Origin: an uncultured Muribaculaceae bacterium
Lineage (GTDB): Bacteria > Bacillota_I > Bacilli_A > RF39 > UBA660
Assembly: GCA_964370755.1 (NCBI GenBank)
Contig: CAYJKL010000002.1
Coordinates: 7,712-71,711 of the forward strand
Direction: 5' to 3'
Length of the DNA stretch: 64,000 nt
Numbering within the stretch: position 1 is the stretch's first letter; each line of letters starts with the position of its first letter. The position numbers and the translations under genes are program-made. The notes beneath the pieces are model-generated. The model saw only the letters and a list, made by a program, of their open reading frames with translations. It was not told where the DNA came from and made no database searches. Below, piece after piece: positions 9,931 through 18,366 of this stretch.

Positions 9931-11204
9931 TATTCACCAGCCTTCCTTGCAGTTCCACTACTAATTTCAAATGCATCTTCTATAATACTTGTTGTTATTC
10001 CTGTTCCACATCCACTATTTAAACAAACTGTAATATGTAAATGAGGAGCCCAACCAAGTGATTCTGCTGTACCTGCTGCATTTCCAACAAAACCAATAAG
10101 TTCTCCTTTTTGTATTGTTCTATTACAATTTTCTACCGAGCTACAGTTATATACTAAACCAGAGAAGTGTGTCATAAATACATTTTGAATTGTACTTCCA
10201 CCAATAGTAATTGCCTCATCAAGAGTTATTTTTATTGAATATGGCGTTTCTTCAAATCCTGTGTTTCCTGTATGACCATACTCAGAGTATACAAGAGTTC
10301 CACTTACTGGAGAATATACAGGAGATCCAAATGGGGCCATAATATCAAGACTTCCATGTTCATATACAAAATTATAAACTCCGTCTACTGGAGTAAGTGG
10401 CCAAATAAAATCTCCTACTGTATTACTAGAAAAAGTTGTGCCACCAAAACTTGTGCTTTTTGGATAAGTTTTAACTGAGGATAAACCAGTTGGTATTTCG
10501 TTATAATTTTTAGGCCAAATTCCCAAATCTTTTCCATTTTCATCTGACATATATGTAAAATTTGATTCACTTACAATTGATGAATAATATCTTACAGTTT
10601 GCATCGGATCTCTTTGAGCTGAAGTACTCATACTTGGACTTATATCGCCATACTCTGCAGTAACGCTTGTTGAAGGCACTATATAATAGTAATCTTCCAT
10701 ATTTTCAATTCTCTCTATTTGCACAAGTGCTTTATCAAGCCTTGCTCTTAGTTCTTCTTTACTTGGAGTGTCTGCAAGACGTTCTACAATTAGATTTGCC
10801 TCTTCATAATCTTGTCTTGACAAGCTCGCTTCTGTGTACGAAACTGCTGTTAATGCATCCAAAATACTCGCTGAAGAACTAAGTGCTGCTATTGTTTCAG
10901 GATTAGAATTAGTGAAGCAATCTGTGTACGCTTCATCTCCTATGCTAGCAAACTCTAAAATTCCATTATATAAAGGAATAAATAATATCATTATGGCAAG
11001 TGCAATAAATCTTAGTACCATACCTTTAATTGTTTTTCCAAAATCTTCACCTTTATTTATCACTTCTTTAAATACATCTATAGAAATTCTTACAACTAAT
11101 ATTATTGGGGCTATTATATATGCTATTTTAATTAACTCTCTAACAACGTATATTCCTTGTAAAACTCCTGGGTCATTACATACAAAATCCATTTTTATCA
11201 CCAA
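9930..11204 (-). CDS. Membrane-anchored M23 (LytM/lysostaphin-type) metallopeptidase
   Basis: N-terminal TM helices. The C-terminal domain has motif 1 EHGSLDIMAPFGSPVYSPVSGTLV (HxxxD...G.PV) and motif 2 PHLHITV (HxH). Confidence 0.85.
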   Translation of the reverse strand: MVIKMDFVCNDPGVLQGIYVVRELIKIAYIIAPIILVVRISIDVFKEVINKGEDFGKTIKGMVLRFIALAIMILFIPLYNGILEFASIGDEAYTDCFTNSNPETIAALSSSASILDALTAVSYTEASLSRQDYEEANLIVERLADTPSKEELRARLDKALVQIERIENMEDYYYIVPSTSVTAEYGDISPSMSTSAQRDPMQTVRYYSSIVSESNFTYMSDENGKDLGIWPKNYNEIPTGLSSVKTYPKSTSFGGTTFSSNTVGDFIWPLTPVDGVYNFVYEHGSLDIMAPFGSPVYSPVSGTLVYSEYGHTGNTGFEETPYSIKITLDEAITIGGSTIQNVFMTHFSGLVYNCSSVENCNRTIQKGELIGFVGNAAGTAESLGWAPHLHITVCLNSGCGTGITTSIIEDAFEISSGTARKAGE

Positions 11205-11237
11205 ATATATTTTATCAAATTAAAAAGGATTTGTCTA

Positions 11238-12293
11238 TCAATCCTTTTTTATTTTTACTTTTCTATATACATCACTACCAAGCGCTGTATATATTCTACT
11301 TATTGGGTTTGTAAAAGTAATGTTTTTATATGAAAGAGATGGTTCCATCAACAATATTTCACCTGGCTTGTTACTCTTTGTTACTACACATAACTTAGAT
11401 ACATCTTTATTTAATACTCTACCAATATTTTCATCATGATTAAGTAAGTAATAATCTTTTGTATTTGTTTTATAAGGTGTTAAGCCGTGTGCTTCTATTA
11501 TTTCTGGAAAATATGTAAACACTTTTGATATATCATAATCATCAAACAAATATCTATTTGTAAAACTATATCTAGCAGATTCTAGTTTAGACATAACTTT
11601 ATTAAACGCTTTTTGAACATTGTATCTATCAAAATTTTCATTTTGTCTTTTCCAGTAGTAGTCACTTAATTCTTTTAATTGATGAGGTCTTAAAAATGTT
11701 GTATAGTCTTCTAATACTTCGCTATAATTTTTTATATCATCAACTTTTATATAGTAGTACAATAAAGACAATACATTTTTAGGATCCATCGCTGTTGCTT
11801 CTTCTGCGTACTCTTCTGCTTCTTTATAGTTACCTATTCTAAGATTATAATGAGAATGCGCTACGTACGATAAATCAGTTTCTAATTTAAATCCTTGTTC
11901 ATTAAATTGTCCATATTCCTCGTTACAAACATAATGCTCAGCAAGTTCATATTCAGCTTTTACTGAGATTGCTTTTAGATTTGATAATACTTTTACTCCA
12001 GCTTCATAAAAACCTAGAGTTAGACATGTTTCAGCATAAACTAAAAGCGCTCTTTCGTGCTCATATAAAAATACTGATAATTCAACATCTCCTAAACTTC
12101 CACTAAAATAGCCAGGAAATTTTTCCTCGACACTTCTTTTAACAAATCCTAACATTTTAGCATCAAGTTTTAATAATCTTATATACTTTGTGTAAATATC
12201 TAGATTATCTGGATGCTCACTATATAACTTAGCATAATACTTAGTTACTCCTTTTATTCCTTCTTCTTTAATTAAATCTTTTATAAGTTCCAT
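11238..12293 (-). CDS. Hypothetical cytoplasmic protein, helical/TPR-like
   Basis: 351-aa ORF with no recognisable catalytic motifs and a helical repeat-like composition. Confidence 0.5.
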   Translation of the reverse strand: MELIKDLIKEEGIKGVTKYYAKLYSEHPDNLDIYTKYIRLLKLDAKMLGFVKRSVEEKFPGYFSGSLGDVELSVFLYEHERALLVYAETCLTLGFYEAGVKVLSNLKAISVKAEYELAEHYVCNEEYGQFNEQGFKLETDLSYVAHSHYNLRIGNYKEAEEYAEEATAMDPKNVLSLLYYYIKVDDIKNYSEVLEDYTTFLRPHQLKELSDYYWKRQNENFDRYNVQKAFNKVMSKLESARYSFTNRYLFDDYDISKVFTYFPEIIEAHGLTPYKTNTKDYYLLNHDENIGRVLNKDVSKLCVVTKSNKPGEILLMEPSLSYKNITFTNPISRIYTALGSDVYRKVKIKKD

Positions 12294-12302
12294 AAAACCT
12301 CC

Positions 12303-12920
12303 CTATTTTAATTTTTTATAGTTACTATTTTTATTTTTTTCATAATACTCATTACTAAACCATTTACTTTCACTTATATTACTTTTGTTTTTTTCAAAAT
12401 CTTTTAGATTTTTTATAAAATGTACTAAATAACTAATAAATGTAAATATTTCAAATATAATTAATACTGAAAATAAATATATAAATGGGTAAATACTTTC
12501 AAAATTATATATATCACTTAATAAAAATGCAAGTACTACTGTTATTCCTAGAATAACCATTTTTATTCTTCCTATATTTTTTACCTTTACATTTTGACTA
12601 GCTTTATAACGAAGTATATTTATTATTATAATTAGTACTTCAAATATAAGCGGTATTACTGCTAAGTATGTTATTTCAAGTAGTATTAAGAAACACGCAA
12701 TGTTTAAAAGTTTGTCTGCAAGTGTATCATATAAACTACCAAAAAATGTTGTAGCTTTTAACTTTCTCGCTAAATAACCGTCCAATGCATCTGATAGATA
12801 ACATATTGCAGTTAACATAGCTGCATCGTATCCTCCATATTTTAAATAAACTGGATAAAGAAAAACTATACCAATTATTCTTATTGTTGTGATTGCATTT
12901 ACTAAAATTATACTTCCCAT
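12303..12920 (-). CDS. CDP-alcohol phosphatidyltransferase family protein (PgsA-like)
   Basis: DALDGYLARKLKATTFFGSLYDTLADKL fits D-G-x2-A-R-x8-G-x3-D-x3-D exactly. Polytopic membrane protein. Confidence 0.8.
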   Translation of the reverse strand: MGSIILVNAITTIRIIGIVFLYPVYLKYGGYDAAMLTAICYLSDALDGYLARKLKATTFFGSLYDTLADKLLNIACFLILLEITYLAVIPLIFEVLIIIINILRYKASQNVKVKNIGRIKMVILGITVVLAFLLSDIYNFESIYPFIYLFSVLIIFEIFTFISYLVHFIKNLKDFEKNKSNISESKWFSNEYYEKNKNSNYKKLK

Positions 12921-12921
12921 A

Positions 12922-13866
12922 TTATTTTCCTACTTCTAAGTTTTTTAGTTTATCCTTATCTACTCCATTTAAGTAACTTTTAATATCCATTTCTTTTTTA
13001 CCAAAAGGTTTAACTATTTGAGGATATATAACACCATCTTTAGTACTTATTCCAAGTTTATCTTTACTTACTTCAACAATAATACTTGATTTAGCTATTT
13101 TTTTAGATTCGTAGCTAGCTTCAATAATTTTTAAAATTTCACCACTTACTACAGTATAACTATTTGGGTACATTCCTCTTATTTGATTAAATACTGTTTT
13201 TGTATCTTTAGAAAAATCAATTAATTCATCTTCTCTAGTTAGCATTCTTGCATACGTTGCATCACTTTCATTTTGTTTAACTCTATTATTTGTACCTAAA
13301 ACTATGCTTTCTAGGTTTTCTTCTAAAAGGTTTGCTCCTAAAATACTTAATTTTTCATATAACATTTTAACATTGTCAGTTTCTAGTATATCAGTACTTA
13401 CACTATCTATCATGTCTCCTGTATCCATTGATACATCCATATACATAAGTGTTATTCCAGCCTCTTTATCACCATTTAACATACTCCACTGTATTGGTGC
13501 TGCTCCCCTATATTTAGGTAAGAGTGATCCATGTATATTTAAACAACCAAGTCTTGGAATGTCTAAAACTCCTTTTGGAACTATTTGTCCGTATGCTGCA
13601 GTTACTATTATATCTGGTTTTGCTTCTTCTATTTTTTTATAATCTTCTCTTATTTTAGTAGGCTGAAATACTTCAAGTCCATTTGATAAAGCAAACTCTT
13701 TAGTGGCTGATGCTTTAAGTTCTTTTTTTCTACCTACTATTTTATCTGGCTGAGTTACTACCATTACCACATTTGTTTTTTCATAAAGCATTTTAAGTGT
13801 TGGCATAGCAAACTCTGGTGTTCCCATAAATACTACTTTTAAATCTTTAAACATATTTTCCTCCAT
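12922..13866 (-). CDS. fmt: Methionyl-tRNA formyltransferase
   Basis: KVVFMGTPEFA..., the HGSLLPKYRGAAPIQW formyltransferase motif and the C-terminal Fmt domain. Confidence 0.93.
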   Translation of the reverse strand: MEENMFKDLKVVFMGTPEFAMPTLKMLYEKTNVVMVVTQPDKIVGRKKELKASATKEFALSNGLEVFQPTKIREDYKKIEEAKPDIIVTAAYGQIVPKGVLDIPRLGCLNIHGSLLPKYRGAAPIQWSMLNGDKEAGITLMYMDVSMDTGDMIDSVSTDILETDNVKMLYEKLSILGANLLEENLESIVLGTNNRVKQNESDATYARMLTREDELIDFSKDTKTVFNQIRGMYPNSYTVVSGEILKIIEASYESKKIAKSSIIVEVSKDKLGISTKDGVIYPQIVKPFGKKEMDIKSYLNGVDKDKLKNLEVGK

Positions 13867-13879
13867 ATATTAAAAGAAC

Positions 13880-14410
13880 TTATACAGCCATAAGTTCTTT
13901 TTCTTTATTTGCAATTTCTTCTTCAACTGTTTTATTATATTTATTCACAAGATCTTGTAATGATTCTAAAAGTCTTTTTTCTTCATCTTCTGGATACTTG
14001 TCTTTTAAAATTGCATCTTTTACTTCTTGTCTTACATTTCTAATAGCAACTTTGCCTTCTTCTCCAATAGATTTAGCAGTTTTAACATACTCGCGTCTTC
14101 TATCTTCAGTAAGTTCAGGTACTGTTAAAATAATTGCGTCTCCATTATTGTTTGGTGTAATACCAATATTTGCTTCTATAATTCCTCTTTCAATATCTTT
14201 TAAAATACTTTTATCAAAAGGTTTTATAAATATACTTCTTGCATCAGGCACTGTAATATTTGCAATACTTTGGATAGGAGTTGGTGCTCCATAACAAACA
14301 ATATTAACACCATTTAAAAGTGATGGATTAGCTCTACCTGCTCTAATAGTCATTAGTTTATCCTTCATATTTAAAATTGCTTTTTTCATTTTTTCTTCTT
14401 CATTATACAT
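13880..14410 (-). CDS. frr: Ribosome recycling factor
   Basis: LMTIRAGRANPSLLNGVNIVCYGAPTPIQSIANITVPDARSIFIKPFD is a canonical RRF sequence. Confidence 0.93.
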   Translation of the reverse strand: MYNEEEKMKKAILNMKDKLMTIRAGRANPSLLNGVNIVCYGAPTPIQSIANITVPDARSIFIKPFDKSILKDIERGIIEANIGITPNNNGDAIILTVPELTEDRRREYVKTAKSIGEEGKVAIRNVRQEVKDAILKDKYPEDEEKRLLESLQDLVNKYNKTVEEEIANKEKELMAV

Positions 14411-14426
14411 ATAAATTATCTCCTCA

Positions 14427-15182
14427 TTAATTAATTACTAGTGTATCATAATAATTTTGATTTGTCGACCTAACTAAATAAATTACTTCAAGTTTTCCTA
14501 TTCTATTTAAATACACTCCGTAATCAAAATCATTTATTGTTCCATCTACATCTATTCCGGCACCATCTAAGTTGAGTGTCGTAAGTTTAGTTCTTACTGC
14601 ATTTTTTATATCTTCTAAAGTTTTTCCAGAGTCTTCTAATATTTGAATTTCTGAAACTACACTTCCTGAAGCTTTACTAAATATATTTGTTTCAACTCCA
14701 GTTGCAGTTATTAAATTTACTATATCATAGTTATAATTTTTATCTATTAAAGTTACGTAATCACTATACTCTATTATTTCATAATCTTTGTAACTTACTG
14801 AGTATATACCTTCTGTGTTTGGTAGTGTCTCTGTGCCTTCTGGAATTTCAACAGTATCAGCCATTACAACAGTTTCTGAAAATGCTGCAACTTCATTATT
14901 TATTCTTGTTTCAATATCTTTAGCACTACTTAAATTTATATTCACTTTAGCAAAACTTATACCATAGTGCGCAATAACTATATCAGTCTCACTTAAATAT
15001 ATGTAATCTTTCGTTTTATCTAATCTGTAATCAACACTCTCATTAATTAAAGGCGATTCTGTTTCCTTTGGGTTATCACTTAAATTTATGAAATAGTCCA
15101 TAAAGAAAAAACCACCTACTAAAAATAATAATAATATAATTATGAAACTAATAAATGCTGCCTTATTTTTAAATGTATCCAT
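14427..15182 (-). CDS. Hypothetical membrane-anchored protein
   Basis: 251 aa with one N-terminal TM helix; no family recognised. Confidence 0.5.
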   Translation of the reverse strand: MDTFKNKAAFISFIIILLLFLVGGFFFMDYFINLSDNPKETESPLINESVDYRLDKTKDYIYLSETDIVIAHYGISFAKVNINLSSAKDIETRINNEVAAFSETVVMADTVEIPEGTETLPNTEGIYSVSYKDYEIIEYSDYVTLIDKNYNYDIVNLITATGVETNIFSKASGSVVSEIQILEDSGKTLEDIKNAVRTKLTTLNLDGAGIDVDGTINDFDYGVYLNRIGKLEVIYLVRSTNQNYYDTLVIN

Positions 15183-15184
15183 TT

Positions 15185-15790
15185 TTACTCTCCTAAATAA
15201 ATTTTAAAAGCCGCTTCTAAATTAGCTTTAAATTCATACTTCTTATTTTCAGACCAATATTTATCAGGCGTGATGTCACCTCTCATATAACCAGTCTCAT
15301 CATTATAATAAATTATATCTCCGTCTTTAACAATTATTACTGTTGGAGCTAAAAGTTCTTTAGTTCCATCATCAAGAGTATATAGTTCATTACTAAGTTT
15401 TTCTACAACAAGTTCATAATTACCATTATTTTTATTTCTGTCATCAAAAAAATCATAATACATTATTTCTTCGATATCATTTTCAATGCAAACTTCATTT
15501 AAAAGTATCGCCACATCTTCTGTCCAATCATTTAGTTTACTACCAAGTAGTATTACATTAGTTTCATCTAAAGCTGCATATATTTCTCTAGCACTAGCAT
15601 AATCAAACACATTATCTAGAGGCACATTTTTAAATTCACTTACAAAGATTTCATTTTGATCTAAATTTTCATCAAAATTAAGTGTTCCTAAATATATAAA
15701 TCCTCCAAGGACTATAACAAATAACACTAAATGAATTATCATTCCTTTTTTGCTTTTAAACATATTTTTATTTTTTATTTCCAACTTCAA
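15185..15790 (-). CDS. Hypothetical membrane-anchored protein
   Basis: 201 aa with one N-terminal TM helix; no family recognised. Confidence 0.5.
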   Translation of the reverse strand: MKLEIKNKNMFKSKKGMIIHLVLFVIVLGGFIYLGTLNFDENLDQNEIFVSEFKNVPLDNVFDYASAREIYAALDETNVILLGSKLNDWTEDVAILLNEVCIENDIEEIMYYDFFDDRNKNNGNYELVVEKLSNELYTLDDGTKELLAPTVIIVKDGDIIYYNDETGYMRGDITPDKYWSENKKYEFKANLEAAFKIYLGE

Positions 15791-15918
15791 TCACCTTTTC
15801 TAAATTATGAAAATCAACTAACTACTTTAAATAATAGTGTGTTAAATCTTATACATATCATACCACAAAGAAATAAAAATCACAATAAAAAAACAGCATT
15901 TTTATATGCTATTTCTTA

Positions 15919-16191
15919 TTAGTTTAAAGCTTCTTTTAATTTGCTTCCAGCTTTGAATGAAGCAACTGTTTTTGCAGGAATTTTAAGTGGTTCTTTAGTA
16001 AGTGGATTAATTCCTTCTCTTGCAGCTCTTGTTTTTGCTGAGAAAGTTCCGAATCCTACTAATGCAACTTTTCCTTCTTTTTTAAGTCCTTCAGTAATTC
16101 CAGCTATCATAGCATCTACTGCTTTAGCAGCGTCAACTTTAGATAAACCAGCTTCACTTGCTACTTTTTCTACTAAATCTGTTTTAGACAT
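15919..16191 (-). CDS. hup: DNA-binding protein HU
   Basis: MSKTDLVEKVASEAGLSKVDAAKAVDAMIAGITEGLKKEGKVALVGFGTF... is a canonical 90-aa HU. RBS GGGAGG. Confidence 0.95.
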   Translation of the reverse strand: MSKTDLVEKVASEAGLSKVDAAKAVDAMIAGITEGLKKEGKVALVGFGTFSAKTRAAREGINPLTKEPLKIPAKTVASFKAGSKLKEALN

Positions 16192-16532
16192 GTTTTTACC
16201 TCCCGTACATTCTAAACGTAAGCACTTATATTGTTCTTACACAATAAATGTATCAAATATAAAATCATAAATCAATAGAATTTGCCTAATTTATGGTATT
16301 TTTTTAACATTTTCATGAATGTTTACTATATTTTTACTACAAAAACTGTCTATTTTACACTATTTTAACTTACTTATAACTAGTTTTTATTTCTGTAGAC
16401 TTTTTCAAATCATTTCTTTTTTTATAACTTATTTTGTATTCTACACTATATATTTCTTACATATTAGTGCGATCTACTATTTACAAATATTTTATTATTT
16501 GATAAAATTAATGTAGGAAGTGCTATACCAGT

Positions 16533-16557
16533 AGTACTTACCGTGGTGATAAGTACT
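16533..16557. other. Perfect inverted repeat AGTACTTA-N9-TAAGTACT in the spoIVA-hup intergenic region
   Basis: Read directly from the sequence; there is no adjacent U-run on the minus transcript. Confidence 0.5.
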
Positions 16558-16588
16558 GAATTCATTTTGAATTTAGTACCTTTTTTTA

Positions 16589-16669
16589 TTATATAGCTTT
16601 ATATAAAGAGGCTATTAATAAAATGATAATAACAAATAAAAATTCTATTAAAATGTCCTTCTTATTCAT
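16589..16669 (-). CDS. Candidate 26-aa hydrophobic small protein (MNKKDILIEFLFVIIILLIASLYKAI) with a strong SD (AAAGGAGG)
   Basis: ATG preceded by AAAGGAGGCTTGATTATTT. One predicted TM helix. Not in the ORF track (below 60 aa). Confidence 0.3.
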   Translation of the reverse strand: MNKKDILIEFLFVIIILLIASLYKAI

Positions 16670-16790
16670 AAATAATCAAGCCTCCTTTCTAGGACCCCCT
16701 GAAAGTAAGGCAAATACTAAAATGCACTTCCTGGGGATGTATTATATATTAAAGATAATAAATAATTTGTCGAATTATATCTTGTAAATT

Positions 16791-16813
16791 AAAAAACGCA
16801 CTTTCATGCGCTT
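16791..16813 (-). terminator. Probable terminator of spoIVA (GCGCA-TGAAAG-TGCG + T6)
   Basis: The minus strand reads AAAGCGCATGAAAGTGCGTTTTTT, overlapping the stop codon. Confidence 0.55.
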
Positions 16814-18291
16814 TATATAACAAATGCAATTAATGTATTTGATCCTTTATTAACTATTTTAGTTATAGTATCTCCAAGTTTAAATCTTGTATTATCTGGC
16901 ATCATACTTAGTTTTGCTTTTATACCTTCTCCCACTACACTTTCAAGACTTCTTCCAAATATTTCACTTTTCCAAATATTGCTTGGATCTGTTTCATAGT
17001 CTTTCATCAAATAATCAATAAGTTCTTTTGACTGAATTTCTGAACCTATAATAGGTTCAAAAGTTGATTCCACATCTACTCTTACTAAATGCACACTGCT
17101 CGCTACTGCTTTGAGTTTAATACCATACCTTGTTCCTTGCTTAATTATTTCAGGTGGTGTAAGTTTCATATCACGGGTACCTGGGTACATAATTCCGTAA
17201 CCTGTTGCTTTAGCCATTTTTAGAGCACTTTTTATAGTCTCGTATTCTTCTTTTCCTTCATTGTATCCAGAAAACATTTTTAGAATACTTGCTTTTGTCA
17301 TTACAGCTTCACCTAGTGTTTCTTTAAGAATTATATTATATAACTCTTCAGAACTTTCTAAATTAACTGTAATTGTACCTGTTGAAGCATCAAGTTGGCT
17401 AATATATGATTTATTTATATATTCGCTACTTTCAAAATAAGTTATAATGGTTTCTATATCTTTTACTTTAGTAACACTTACTACACTTTCTCTCATTATA
17501 CTTAGATAATGACTTTTTACGTAGTGGTCATTAGATAATATGTGTACCCACTCCGGCATCGAAAATTTAATATCAAGCACTGGAAACTCATATAGTGCTT
17601 TTTTTAATACTTCCATTATTTCTTTTTCATTCATTTTATCTACGGCAAGTGGCATAACTGGTACACTGTAACGCTCTTCAAGTTCGTTTGCAAGTTTAAT
17701 TGTCGTATCACTTCCTGGGTTATTTGAGTTTAATACTACTATAAATGGTTTTCCTATCTCTTGAAGTTCTTCTACTACTTTTACTTCTGCATCTACATAT
17801 GCATCACGATTAATATCACCAAATGAACCGTCTGTAGTTACTACTATTCCAATAGTTGCATGATCTTTTATAACCTTCTCAGTACCAAGTGAAGCAGCCA
17901 TTTCAAAAGAAATACTTTCCTCATTCCAAGGACTTTTGACCATGCGAGGGTTACCTTCTTCATCTTTAAAACCAGTTGCCTCTGGTATAACATAACCAAC
18001 ACAATCTACTAGTTTAATATTCGTTTTAAAATCATCTACTTTAATAACTGCTCCACTTGATGGAACAAATTTAGGTTCAGTAGTCATGATTGCTTTACCT
18101 TCAGCACTTTGAGGTATTTCATCTAAACATTTTTTTGCCTCATATTCATCTTCAATATTTGGTACTACTAAATTCTCAATAAACCTTTTGATAAACGTTG
18201 ATTTACCTGTTCTTACTGCTCCTACTACTCCTAAATATATTTCTCCATTACCTTTTTTAGCAATCGATGAAATTATTTCTTTTTTATCCAT
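16813..18291 (-). CDS. spoIVA: Stage IV sporulation protein A (spore coat morphogenetic ATPase)
   Basis: IYLGVVGAVRTGKSTFIKRF Walker A, and end-to-end similarity to B. subtilis SpoIVA (MTTEPKFVP..., DCVGY..., FGRSL..., LIA-I). The ORF-track start is TTG; the ATG at codon 4 (MDKKEII) is the likelier start. Confidence 0.95.
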   Translation of the reverse strand: MDKKEIISSIAKKGNGEIYLGVVGAVRTGKSTFIKRFIENLVVPNIEDEYEAKKCLDEIPQSAEGKAIMTTEPKFVPSSGAVIKVDDFKTNIKLVDCVGYVIPEATGFKDEEGNPRMVKSPWNEESISFEMAASLGTEKVIKDHATIGIVVTTDGSFGDINRDAYVDAEVKVVEELQEIGKPFIVVLNSNNPGSDTTIKLANELEERYSVPVMPLAVDKMNEKEIMEVLKKALYEFPVLDIKFSMPEWVHILSNDHYVKSHYLSIMRESVVSVTKVKDIETIITYFESSEYINKSYISQLDASTGTITVNLESSEELYNIILKETLGEAVMTKASILKMFSGYNEGKEEYETIKSALKMAKATGYGIMYPGTRDMKLTPPEIIKQGTRYGIKLKAVASSVHLVRVDVESTFEPIIGSEIQSKELIDYLMKDYETDPSNIWKSEIFGRSLESVVGEGIKAKLSMMPDNTRFKLGDTITKIVNKGSNTLIAFVI

Positions 18292-18366
18292 AAACACCAA
18301 CTCTTTCTTTTACTACTTAAATATACTCATAAAAAAAAGAATATATTACATATTCTCTTTAATTTA

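Noticed and set aside
16319-16516. 65-aa plus-strand ORF in the spoIVA-hup spacer
   Set aside because: Extremely low-complexity (F/I/Y/L) translation of AT-rich DNA with no RBS. This is more likely the promoter/UTR region of hup.
18301-18366. Sigma-E promoter for spoIVA
   Set aside because: An AT-rich 66-bp spacer is present, but I could not match the sigma-E -35/-10 consensus convincingly by eye. Left unannotated.
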